Of a stretch of DNA of 64,000 nt, positions 35,074-44,116 are shown piece after piece. This stretch comes from an uncultured Bacteroidota bacterium (GTDB lineage Bacteria > Bacteroidota > Bacteroidia > Bacteroidales > GWA2-32-17). The position numbers were made by a program, and so were the translations under genes. The notes beneath the pieces were generated by a model that searched no databases, was not told the origin of the DNA, and saw only the letters and a program-made list of their open reading frames with translations. Location: assembly GCA_903872185.1 (NCBI GenBank), contig CAIQJL010000387.1, forward strand, positions 5,027 through 69,026, given 5' to 3'. The stretch's first letter is position 1. Each line of letters starts with the position of its first letter.

Positions 35074-38000
35074 CTATTCTGTAACTAATGTTTTCACATT
35101 ATCATCAGGTATTCTATCTATAATATAATTATAAGGATCGATTCCTGCATTGTAAGGTAATTCTTTCACTTTAAAAGTAAAAACATTTTCTTTTTCAGTA
35201 ATGTTTAGGCGTTGCAAAATCAAAGGTTTTCCTAAATTATTTTCGTTATTTGATTTTGCAAAAACTCCAATATCAATGTAATCTGCAATAGGCATATTTG
35301 TTTCTTTTCCTAATGAGTCTGCTCTGAATTTTTCGGAACTTGTTTTTAATGTTATTTCATATTCATTACCAATTTTCTTATATTTTGCTTCAACAACTCT
35401 GTTAGAGAAAAGAGTAATATTTTCGAACAAATCGCTTATTAGATATTGTAAACTATCAGGTGTTACATTTCTAAAAGCATTAACTGCTGAAATTGATGTA
35501 GGATATGGTGGCGCTTTATATGCAAAAGAATCAATTAAACACCGTAAAGCTTCATTCACTTTATTTTCACCAATCATTTCTTTAAAATAATACATTACAA
35601 CACTTCCTTTTTGATAATGAATATATCCTTGTTGTTCGGTTTTCATTAATGGTCTTTCGGCTTCAAATTCGGTACTTCTACCACTTAAATATCCATCCAT
35701 TTCATATTTCAAAAACTTTTTCATTTTGTCTTTACCATATTCTTTTTCCATAACCATTAATGCTGAGTATTGCGAAAAACTTTCACTCATCATCTCGCTA
35801 CCTTGCATATTGCCACCACAAACTTGATGAGCCCAATATTGATGTCCCATTTCATGAGCAACAACATAAAACACCTGATCAATATCTTCTTTGGTAACAT
35901 TTCTCAAATCAGTAATAAAACCAATACTTTCGCTATAAGGGATTGTTCCAGGAAAGGCTTGAGCAAAACCTGCATAACGAGGAAACTCAATTATTCTGCA
36001 TTGTTTATGATAATATTTTCCATAATTTTTAGTGTAATAGTCTAAAGATTTTTCAAGACTTTTCAGCATGTTAGGAACATTATATGCATGTTCTTTTATA
36101 TAATAAACTTCCAAATCAATATCATTCCATTTTTTACGCGCTACTTCATATTTTGCAGAAATGAATGAATAAAAATCTAAAGATTTCTTATCAAGTTTAT
36201 AATTAAAATATTTTCGGCCATTTGCTTCCCATGATTTAATCAAGCTACCAGGAGCAACTGCTATTTGGTCTGAAGATGTGCTAATAACAGTATTAACATC
36301 CACCCAATCGGCACTATTGCTCACATAATTATTTGACCTGGCAACCAAATCATTCTCATTTAATTTTGCCATTCGTAAGCGTTTAGGTAATTTTAATTTT
36401 ACTCTGTCATTTTTATCAGAAATTTCATAACTACTGTTATAACCAAATGTAGGAGTAATATCTATATTATTAAAAAATGTACCATTTTGAGTTAATTGAG
36501 TAAAACTTACCTGGTTTTCAAAACCTTTTGTAATTCTAGATACATCAAATCTTATAAATATAGTATCGTTAGGTTGCATAGGTTTATCCAAAGTATAAAT
36601 TCTATAATTCAATCTCTTGTCATTTAATTTAAGTTTACTTCCTTTAATAATAATGTTCACACTATCAGGAATACTAGGCATAGTAAAGTGTAATTCACTA
36701 ATTGATTTATTTGAAATATTTCTTGCCCATACTTCAATTTTAGCTTTCATACTGCGTTCGTAAGGCATTATATCTATAGAGTAATTATAATTATAAAAAC
36801 GTGGCTGTGCTAATAACTCATACTTTTTATATGTCTTTTCATAATCGACTTGTTTACTTTCCTGTTCTTTTTCTGAGTCATAAGTATTTAAAACTTTAGT
36901 ATTGTAATAAACAAAGCTCATACATAATAGAAAAACTATTGTAGTTCCAGTAATTACAAGTTTATTTTTAAGTAAAAGAAATTTTGCATTTCTTAAACGT
37001 TTACCAAAAGCTGTTTCTTTGCCTCTGATATAAAAAGAAAATATAACAATACATACAAGTGTTGAGAAAATAATCCAATAAATATTAAACCATATGGTAG
37101 AAGGAACAAATGGACCAAAACCATTCATATCAGAATATGTAACAGAGGGTGTTGAACCAAACATCACCATGTTTGTACTAATTTTAAAAACACGCCATAT
37201 AAACTGATTAAGAATAACAAAAACAATAAAAGCAAAATAAGCGATATAACGATTATTAATTATATAGTGAAAGAATAAAGCTATAACTACTAAAAAAGAG
37301 AATGATAACAAATCCATTATCAACAAAGATTCGAAATAAACATCTAACTGAAAGCGATAATAGCCCATAAATGTTTGTGCAAAAATTCCTATAATAATTG
37401 TTGACAAAAGAACTAATGCAATTGACACTACCATAGCAAATAATTTTGAAACAAATAACATAGAGGTACACGTAGGAGTAGTATCCTGAATTTCATTTAT
37501 TTTGTTATCACGTTCTTTCCATACAAGAACCCCTGAATAGAAAGTAATAATTGCAATAAGAAATAAATAAAACGAACCTTTAATAGCATCAATTACATCA
37601 TATGTTACAGGATATTGATCGGTACCATATCTTCCGGTAAAACTAGTTAATGAGGCAATTAAATTTATTAATCCTATTATTATTATTATAATAAATGTAG
37701 GGTTCTTAATAATTGCCTTAGTTTCGAATCTAATTAAATACCATAAAGTAGAAAAAGTGAATTTATTTGCATTAATTGCAGAAAAATCTTTATTAACGAT
37801 ATTTGATATTGTTGATTGCTCTAATTCTTTTTTCTCCTTTTTTGCTTTTTTATTTTTAACAGAAAAAGAAAATTTGAAATATGCACCAACTAAAACTATT
37901 GCACTTATACTCAACCATATTATTCTGTTAGTTAACAAAGCACCTATTAATGGTACTGCATGAAAGTTTTTTTCATCAACTGTCATGTATTTTGACAGTA

Positions 38001-38649
38001 TACTTTCCGGACGAAAACCAAATGGATCTAGTAAATTTGCTAACCATTCTTTTTCAATATCACGTGTAAAACCAGCTGCAACACCGTACAAAACTAAAAT
38101 TAAAATAGCACCTACAAATGAAACTAAATTACTTCGAAAAATAACAGCCAAAGAATACAATATAACTGCAGCAATAATTGTATTTGGAATACCAAAAGTT
38201 AATAATCCTTGTAAATGCCCACTCCATATTATTTCACCATATCTTTCGGGTTGTGCCCATGGCATTAATGGTCCTATTAACGCACCCAACGAAACACCTA
38301 ACAATGGAATAATTGCAATTGAAACTGCACCGATAAATTTTCCAAAATAATAATCACGTTTTTTAATTGGTGAAGAAAAAATAAATTGATACATGTCATG
38401 AGCAAAATCTCTATTTGCAGTTGCATTCATAAATGCAGTAGTCATTAGCAAACAAATTAACGACATTACACCATAATAAGTTTGTATAACATAGGGAGCA
38501 TTTTTATGAACACTTCCAACTCCACCCCCAATATTTATACTATCAGACGAAACCGCGCCCATAACCAACAAAGTGTTTATAAGCAAAAATATCCAGGTCA
38601 TTGGTGAACTAAGCCAATATTTCCATTCGTATTTAATAAATTTCCACAT
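35074..38649 (-). CDS. ABC-2-type permease (duplicated, about 13 TM) fused to a C-terminal M1-family gluzincin peptidase-like domain
   Basis: 1191 aa. By eye I count 6+6+1 hydrophobic segments in the first 590 aa. These are followed by an M1-like domain with VAHEMGHQYW (HEMGH at 35842-35856) and a downstream SESFSQY (third Zn-ligand Glu). At the GXMEN position it reads AGFAQAFPG. Confidence 0.85.
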   Translation of the reverse strand: MWKFIKYEWKYWLSSPMTWIFLLINTLLVMGAVSSDSINIGGGVGSVHKNAPYVIQTYYGVMSLICLLMTTAFMNATANRDFAHDMYQFIFSSPIKKRDYYFGKFIGAVSIAIIPLLGVSLGALIGPLMPWAQPERYGEIIWSGHLQGLLTFGIPNTIIAAVILYSLAVIFRSNLVSFVGAILILVLYGVAAGFTRDIEKEWLANLLDPFGFRPESILSKYMTVDEKNFHAVPLIGALLTNRIIWLSISAIVLVGAYFKFSFSVKNKKAKKEKKELEQSTISNIVNKDFSAINANKFTFSTLWYLIRFETKAIIKNPTFIIIIIIGLINLIASLTSFTGRYGTDQYPVTYDVIDAIKGSFYLFLIAIITFYSGVLVWKERDNKINEIQDTTPTCTSMLFVSKLFAMVVSIALVLLSTIIIGIFAQTFMGYYRFQLDVYFESLLIMDLLSFSFLVVIALFFHYIINNRYIAYFAFIVFVILNQFIWRVFKISTNMVMFGSTPSVTYSDMNGFGPFVPSTIWFNIYWIIFSTLVCIVIFSFYIRGKETAFGKRLRNAKFLLLKNKLVITGTTIVFLLCMSFVYYNTKVLNTYDSEKEQESKQVDYEKTYKKYELLAQPRFYNYNYSIDIMPYERSMKAKIEVWARNISNKSISELHFTMPSIPDSVNIIIKGSKLKLNDKRLNYRIYTLDKPMQPNDTIFIRFDVSRITKGFENQVSFTQLTQNGTFFNNIDITPTFGYNSSYEISDKNDRVKLKLPKRLRMAKLNENDLVARSNNYVSNSADWVDVNTVISTSSDQIAVAPGSLIKSWEANGRKYFNYKLDKKSLDFYSFISAKYEVARKKWNDIDLEVYYIKEHAYNVPNMLKSLEKSLDYYTKNYGKYYHKQCRIIEFPRYAGFAQAFPGTIPYSESIGFITDLRNVTKEDIDQVFYVVAHEMGHQYWAHQVCGGNMQGSEMMSESFSQYSALMVMEKEYGKDKMKKFLKYEMDGYLSGRSTEFEAERPLMKTEQQGYIHYQKGSVVMYYFKEMIGENKVNEALRCLIDSFAYKAPPYPTSISAVNAFRNVTPDSLQYLISDLFENITLFSNRVVEAKYKKIGNEYEITLKTSSEKFRADSLGKETNMPIADYIDIGVFAKSNNENNLGKPLILQRLNITEKENVFTFKVKELPYNAGIDPYNYIIDRIPDDNVKTLVTE

Positions 38650-38670
38650 AATATTTCTAATGATTGGTGG

Positions 38671-39543
38671 TTAAACTAATTCATTCAATTTTGCAAAAAA
38701 TACATCTTCAAGATTTTCTTCTGCCTTAACAAAACCATTACCTAATTCGACATCAGAAAATGCGTGTATTAGTGGTTTTCCACCAACCAGTTTATTTGAT
38801 ATAATTTTATAATCATTTTGGAATTGTGGTAATTCAGATTTATTTACTTTACGTTCCCATACTTTTCCTCTAATTTGAACTAAGGCATCATCTGTATTAC
38901 CACTGAAAAGAACTTTACCTTTATCCATAATTGCCATCTGAGTACAAAGCTCTCTAACATCTTGCACAATATGAGTTGAAAGAATTAAAATAATATTCTC
39001 ACCTATTTCGCTTAGGATATTATAAAAACGATTACGCTCTCCTGGATCAAGACCAGCTGTGGGTTCGTCAACAATAACCAATTTAGGGTTTCCAATTAAA
39101 CACTGTGCAATACCAAAACGTTGGCGCATTCCACCACTATAGCTACTTACAGCTTTTTTACGATGTTCAAATAAATTTACTTTGTTAAGTAAATGATTTA
39201 CCATTTCCTTTCGTTCACTTCTATTACTAAAGCCTTTCATCACGGCTAGGTATTCTAGCAAATCAACAGCAGATGTTCGGGGATAAACGCCAAATTCCTG
39301 AGGCAAATAGCCTAAAACTTTTCTAACTTCATCTTTCTTATTTAATAAATCCATTTCATCAAGCATTGCTGTTCCACTATCAGCATCTTGCAACGTTGCC
39401 AATGTTCGCATTAACGAAGACTTACCTGCCCCATTAGGTCCTAATAGACCAAACATTCCTTTATTTATAGTTAAAGATACATTTACTAAAGCATGTACTC
39501 CGTTACTATATTGCTTGTTTAAATTTTCGATTTGAATTTTCAT
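38671..39543 (-). CDS. ABC transporter ATP-binding protein (partner of the permease-peptidase fusion)
   Basis: 290 aa. Walker A: GPNGAGKSS. Signature: YSGGMRQR. Walker B: LVIVDEPTAGLD. The stop is 21 nt upstream of the permease start. Confidence 0.95.
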   Translation of the reverse strand: MKIQIENLNKQYSNGVHALVNVSLTINKGMFGLLGPNGAGKSSLMRTLATLQDADSGTAMLDEMDLLNKKDEVRKVLGYLPQEFGVYPRTSAVDLLEYLAVMKGFSNRSERKEMVNHLLNKVNLFEHRKKAVSSYSGGMRQRFGIAQCLIGNPKLVIVDEPTAGLDPGERNRFYNILSEIGENIILILSTHIVQDVRELCTQMAIMDKGKVLFSGNTDDALVQIRGKVWERKVNKSELPQFQNDYKIISNKLVGGKPLIHAFSDVELGNGFVKAEENLEDVFFAKLNELV

Positions 39544-39726
39544 GTTTAATTAAAATTTTGAGGAGAGACGATTAACTACATAATAAAGTTACAAAATCAA
39601 TAAAATTAAATATGAAATTAAATTAATGATTTACATATCAATCGATTTAAAATACAAATTTGAAAATTTTAAGACGTGAAATAAAATCTCTTTTAAATAA
39701 TTTTTTCAAAAAAAGTAATATTTCAA

Positions 39727-39960
39727 CTATTTCATATTTTTTTCAACTAACCAAATATACAGTTGCTCAACTTTAGTTCTTGCCCAAGGAGTTTTTCTTA
39801 AGAACTTAAGGCTAGACTGGATACTTGGATTATCATTAAAACAATTAATCCTGATTTTTTGACCTAGTTTCTCCCAACCATAATAATCGAGCAAATATTT
39901 TAAAATATTCTCTAATGTAACACCGTGAAGAGAATTATTAGCTTGAGGAATGTCAGTCAT
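39727..39960 (-). CDS. VF530/DUF2132-family small DNA-binding-like protein
   Basis: 77 aa. The stretch LHGVTLENILKYLLDYYGWEKLGQKIRINCF...LKFLRKTPWARTKVEQLY matches my memory of the DUF2132 family. Confidence 0.7.
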   Translation of the reverse strand: MTDIPQANNSLHGVTLENILKYLLDYYGWEKLGQKIRINCFNDNPSIQSSLKFLRKTPWARTKVEQLYIWLVEKNMK

Positions 39961-39974
39961 AAGTAATTTAATTA

Positions 39975-40604
39975 TTAATGAAGCTTCTCTCCTATTAAAT
40001 GTATAAATTCAGACCTTGTAGGTTCTTTTAAAAAGGCTCCTGAAAAATCGCTGGTTGTTGTTACAGAATTTTGTTTTTGAATTCCACGCATCATCATACA
40101 CATATGCTGAGCTTCAATAACAACACCCACACCAAGTGGATTAAGAGTATCCTGAATACAATCTTTTATTTGTGAAGTTAATCTTTCCTGCACTTGTAAA
40201 CGTCTAGCAAATGCATCAACTACTCTGGCAATTTTACTTAAACCGGTAATATAACCATTAGGAATGTATGCAATGTGAGCTTTTCCAAAAAATGGAATCA
40301 TATGATGTTCGCACATCGAATATATTTCTATATTTTTAACGAGTACCATTTGTTTATAATCTTCCTTAAACTTTGCTGAATTTAAAATTTCTACAGGATC
40401 TAAATGGTATCCATGAGTTAAAAACTGCATCGATTTTGCCACTCTTTCAGGTGTTTTAAGCAATCCTTCACGCTCAGGATTTTCGCCAATTAAACCTAAA
40501 ATCCACTTATAGTGCTCTGACAATGAACTGGTAGTGTCAGTATGATACATTTCAATTTTCGAGAATCCTTCTTTTTCTGTTGGGTCAAATTCTATATCAC
40601 TCAT
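39975..40604 (-). CDS. folE: GTP cyclohydrolase I (FolE)
   Basis: 209 aa. Motifs: [34 protein letters not shown] and QVQERLT. Confidence 0.96.
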   Translation of the reverse strand: MSDIEFDPTEKEGFSKIEMYHTDTTSSLSEHYKWILGLIGENPEREGLLKTPERVAKSMQFLTHGYHLDPVEILNSAKFKEDYKQMVLVKNIEIYSMCEHHMIPFFGKAHIAYIPNGYITGLSKIARVVDAFARRLQVQERLTSQIKDCIQDTLNPLGVGVVIEAQHMCMMMRGIQKQNSVTTTSDFSGAFLKEPTRSEFIHLIGEKLH

Positions 40605-40667
40605 AATTATTCATTTTATATTATGCAAAATAACCACAAATTTTTAACTTTATTCAAATTTTTAATA

Positions 40668-41297
40668 ATGAAATTGCTTTTAGTATCAGCAACAAAACTA
40701 GAATTAGGATCTGATAGTTCTATTAAAACATTAAAATCTGTATTTCCTGATATTGAGATTCTTATTACAGGAATTGGTATGGTTAAAACTACATATTTTT
40801 TAACTGATTCTATTCTAAAATCTAAACCCGACTTTGTTTTAAATATTGGAATTTGCGGAAGTTTTAGTAAACAATTTCCTATTGGAGCAATTGTAAACAT
40901 AGTTTCTGAACAATTTGCCGATTTTGGAATAGATGATAATGGCAAATTTATTCCTATTCAAGAAAAAAATAAAATTTCAAGCTCTGGCATTTTAAAAAAT
41001 AGCTTTGCTAAAAAAATAAATTTTCCTTTAGTAAATGGAATAACAGTAAACACTGTAAACGGACAGAAAAAGATTATTGAAAAAGTAATTTCAAATTTCC
41101 ATCCAGATGTAGAATCTATGGAAGGAGCTGCAGTTTTTTACGTTTGTCTAATGAATAAAATTCCTTTTGCCGAAATTCGCTCTATTTCAAATATTGTTGC
41201 ACCAAGAAATAAAAATAATTGGAATTCAAAATTAGCTATTGATAATCTAAGTTCGGCTCTTCCAAAAATAATTTCAAATATTATTCAAAAAAATTAA
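40668..41297 (+). CDS. mqnB: Futalosine hydrolase (MqnB)
   Basis: The ORF track starts at 40542 and overlaps folE; ATG 40668 gives MKLLLVSATKLE. It has a PNP/MTAN-like fold: ITGIGMVKT, LNIGICGSF and ESMEGAAVFYVC..FAEIRSISNIV. Confidence 0.8.
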   Translation: MKLLLVSATKLELGSDSSIKTLKSVFPDIEILITGIGMVKTTYFLTDSILKSKPDFVLNIGICGSFSKQFPIGAIVNIVSEQFADFGIDDNGKFIPIQEKNKISSSGILKNSFAKKINFPLVNGITVNTVNGQKKIIEKVISNFHPDVESMEGAAVFYVCLMNKIPFAEIRSISNIVAPRNKNNWNSKLAIDNLSSALPKIISNIIQKN

Positions 41298-41298
41298 A

Positions 41299-42129
41299 AT
41301 GAAACTTTCATTAGGATTTTCGCCTTGCCCAAACGATACATATATTTTTGATGCCTTAGTTAACAAAAGAATATTATTAAAAGGTTATGAATTTGATGTT
41401 GAAATGGAAGATGTTGAAAATCTAAACCGGCATGCATTTGAAGAATATTTAGACATTACAAAATTAAGCTTTCACGCATACGCACATGTTTCCGAAAAAT
41501 ATCAAATATTACCATCTGGTGCTGCTTTGGGATTTGGAAACGGTCCACTATTAATTAGTAAAAGGAAAATTTATCCCGACGAAATTAAAGACATTAAAAT
41601 TGCTATTCCTGGTGCATACACCACTGCAGGCATGTTGTTAAATATTTTTTGGCAACCGGATAAAAAGAATATTCGCGAATATTTATTTTCTGATATTGAA
41701 GAAGTTATTCTTTCGGGCGAGGCGGATGCGGGATTGGTAATACATGAAACCCGCTTTACATACAAAAAAAGAGGTCTACTTAAAATTGCTGACCTTGGAG
41801 AAATGTGGGAGAAAGAAACTAAAATGCCATTACCTCTTGGTGGAATTGCAATTAAACGCTCACTTCCTGAGAAAATTAAAAAAGACATTGCTTTATTAAT
41901 TAAAGAAAGTGTTGAATTTGCAAACAAATTTCCTGATGCCTCACAACAATTTATACGAAATAACGCACAGGAAACTTCTGAAGAAATAACAAAACAACAT
42001 ATTAGTTTATATGTAAACGAATTCAGCGCTAATCTTAGTGAAAAAGGTGAATCGGCAATTAATCATTTTCTAAAACTTGGATTTGAGAAAAATATCTGTC
42101 CGAAAATTACAGAACCAATATTTATTTAG
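41299..42129 (+). CDS. mqnD: 1,4-dihydroxy-6-naphthoate synthase (MqnD)
   Basis: 276 aa. Motifs: MKLSLGFSPCPNDTYIFDAL, DITKLSFHAY and AGLVIHETRFTY. Confidence 0.85.
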   Translation: MKLSLGFSPCPNDTYIFDALVNKRILLKGYEFDVEMEDVENLNRHAFEEYLDITKLSFHAYAHVSEKYQILPSGAALGFGNGPLLISKRKIYPDEIKDIKIAIPGAYTTAGMLLNIFWQPDKKNIREYLFSDIEEVILSGEADAGLVIHETRFTYKKRGLLKIADLGEMWEKETKMPLPLGGIAIKRSLPEKIKKDIALLIKESVEFANKFPDASQQFIRNNAQETSEEITKQHISLYVNEFSANLSEKGESAINHFLKLGFEKNICPKITEPIFI

Positions 42130-42132
42130 AAA

Positions 42133-44001
42133 CTACTTTTTCTTAACAATTAACACTGGAATATTTACCTCATGGCGAACTGCAGAAATTGTAGTTCCAT
42201 AAATAATATCTTTAAAGAACTTGTGCCCATGACTTCCCATAACAAGAATCTCAGCATTATATTCATTAACAATTAAAGGGATTTGCTTTCTTGGATTACC
42301 AAAACCAATTTTGAATTTAGCTTTATATCCTGCATTTATTAATTGTTGTACATAATTTTCTAATGTTTTAGTATCTTCAAGAGATTCTAAATCGCTACTT
42401 TCATTACCATATGCAAGCGCACTAGCCGATTCAATTATATGTATCAAAATAAACTCTGACTCTTTTGTTCCAATATTTATTGCAGAATTTAAAATATCCT
42501 TATCAACTACACTAAAATCAAGTGCAATGGCTAAAGTTTTAAACGAAGCCGTTGGGACAATTTCTATTGTTTCATACTTATAATGCGGAACATGCACCAC
42601 TTTTCTAAATAATTTTCTTAACATAGGCGATAAAGTTATGTAAATCAATATTAATAATGCGAATAATGAAAATAAAGAAATTACAACACCTAATACTAAT
42701 GAGAATCCAGGTGTTTGAAACCAACTTTTTATTTCTGAAAATGCCATCCATACATTGAGCATAACAATAATTAAAGCTGCTATCCAGGCAAGGATTTTTG
42801 TAAGAATTTTTATTTGAAATCCCTTCATTTTTTCTTTATCACTAACCAAATGTATCATTGGAATGACAGCAAAACCTAGTTGCAAACTTAAAATCACCTG
42901 ACTTAAAATTAACATTCTACCAGTACTTTCATTCCCAAATATAGAAATTACAATTACTGCAGGAATAATTGCTAAAAATCTTGTAATAAATCGCCTAATC
43001 CATGGTTGTATACGAAGATGAATATGACCCTCCATAATAATTTGTCCAGCAAGTGTACCAGAAATAGTAGAACTTTGCCCAGCTAAAATCAATGATAATG
43101 CAAATAATACCGGAGCCACACTACCTAACAACGAACCCAATAAATTATAAGCATCTTCAATTCCGGCAACTTCCATTAATCTGTTTTCATGAAAAGAAGA
43201 TGCAGAAAGAACTAGTATTGCTGCATTTATTAAAAAGGCCACATTTAAGGCTAAAAAAGAATCAATAAAATTGAATTTAATTGCCTGTTTAATTCCTTTT
43301 TCATCTCTGTTAAACTTTCTTGATTGTACAAGAGATGAATGAAGATATAAATTATGCGGCATCACAGTTGCACCAATAATACCTATTGCAATATAAAGAG
43401 CATCTGTGGAACCTAATTTTGGAATAAATCCGCCAAAAACATCAACGTATGATGGTTGTGCCATAATAATCTGAACCAAAAAAGCTAAGCCTATCATTGC
43501 AATTAGCCCAACTATAAAAGCTTCAGTTCTTCTAATCCCCTTATTTATAAGAAACAACAAAATAAATGTATCAAAAAGAGTAATTAAAACACCATAAATA
43601 AGTGGAATATCAAATAATAAATTTAATCCTATTGCCATTCCAATTACTTCGGCCAAATCACATGCTGCCACAGCAATTTCAGCAAAAATATACAAAATAA
43701 AATTAACAATTTTCGGATATGCTTCTCGCGTTGCCTGCGCTAAATCTAATCCTCTAACAATACCTAATCGGGCACTAAGTGTTTGCATTAAAAGAGCGAT
43801 TAAATTCGACAAAAGCAAAACCCACATCAAACTATAACCAAACTTACTACCTGCAGCAATATCAGTAGCCCAGTTGCCTGGATCCATATATCCAATACTT
43901 ATTAAATAAGCTGGGCCAATAAATGAAAAAAGTTTACGAAAGAAACCGCTCTTTTGACGTATATCAACAGTTTGATTTATTTCTGAAAGAGAATTTTGCA
44001 T
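42133..44001 (-). CDS. mntH: Nramp-family divalent metal (Mn/Fe) transporter fused to a C-terminal universal stress protein domain
   Basis: The ORF track starts at 44064; ATG 44001 (MQNSLSEINQ) is preferred. Nramp motifs: GYMDPGNWATDI and ATVMPHNLYLHS. The C-terminal 150 aa are USP-like (LIHIIES..., ILVMGSHGH..FKDIIYGTTISAVRHEVNIPVLIV). Confidence 0.9.
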   Translation of the reverse strand: MQNSLSEINQTVDIRQKSGFFRKLFSFIGPAYLISIGYMDPGNWATDIAAGSKFGYSLMWVLLLSNLIALLMQTLSARLGIVRGLDLAQATREAYPKIVNFILYIFAEIAVAACDLAEVIGMAIGLNLLFDIPLIYGVLITLFDTFILLFLINKGIRRTEAFIVGLIAMIGLAFLVQIIMAQPSYVDVFGGFIPKLGSTDALYIAIGIIGATVMPHNLYLHSSLVQSRKFNRDEKGIKQAIKFNFIDSFLALNVAFLINAAILVLSASSFHENRLMEVAGIEDAYNLLGSLLGSVAPVLFALSLILAGQSSTISGTLAGQIIMEGHIHLRIQPWIRRFITRFLAIIPAVIVISIFGNESTGRMLILSQVILSLQLGFAVIPMIHLVSDKEKMKGFQIKILTKILAWIAALIIVMLNVWMAFSEIKSWFQTPGFSLVLGVVISLFSLFALLILIYITLSPMLRKLFRKVVHVPHYKYETIEIVPTASFKTLAIALDFSVVDKDILNSAINIGTKESEFILIHIIESASALAYGNESSDLESLEDTKTLENYVQQLINAGYKAKFKIGFGNPRKQIPLIVNEYNAEILVMGSHGHKFFKDIIYGTTISAVRHEVNIPVLIVKKK

Positions 44002-44017
44002 ATCGCATTTAATTATG

Positions 44018-44025
44018 CAAAGATA
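44018..44025 (-). promoter_or_regulatory. Putative -7 box for mntH
   Basis: The minus strand reads TATCTTTG, 16 nt upstream of ATG 44001. Confidence 0.35.
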
Positions 44026-44116
44026 AATATTAACATCAACATGAAATTTACTTGTAACAATCAAATCACTATCTTAAAACAAATGATTAAATTCGCAAAT
44101 AAAATAAAGCGCCAAA

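Noticed and set aside
37985-38350. Antisense or out-of-frame ORFs of 60-121 aa nested in large genes. Examples: 37985-38350, 41571-41927, 40616-40945, 23513-23845, 22967-23266, 35770-36045, and the many 60-74-aa ORFs inside the giant adhesin genes and porU.
   Set aside because: Each lies fully inside a gene with strong family motifs on the other strand or frame. Their translations are low-complexity (Ile/Asn/Ser/Cys-rich) and have no start context. Long antisense frames are a known by-product of codon periodicity. I cannot exclude expression, but nothing supports it.
40542-40667. Long N-terminal extension of mqnB in the ORF track ([14 protein letters not shown]...), overlapping folE by 63 nt on the opposite strand.
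   Set aside because: The extension is antisense to the folE N-terminus and has no homology-like features. MqnB-like sequence starts at MKLLLVSATK (40668).
44002-44116. Possible Mn-sensing (yybP-ykoY) or other riboswitch upstream of mntH.
   Set aside because: The leader is too short (about 115 bp, shared with a divergent gene), is AT-rich, and shows no conserved riboswitch core or stable stems.
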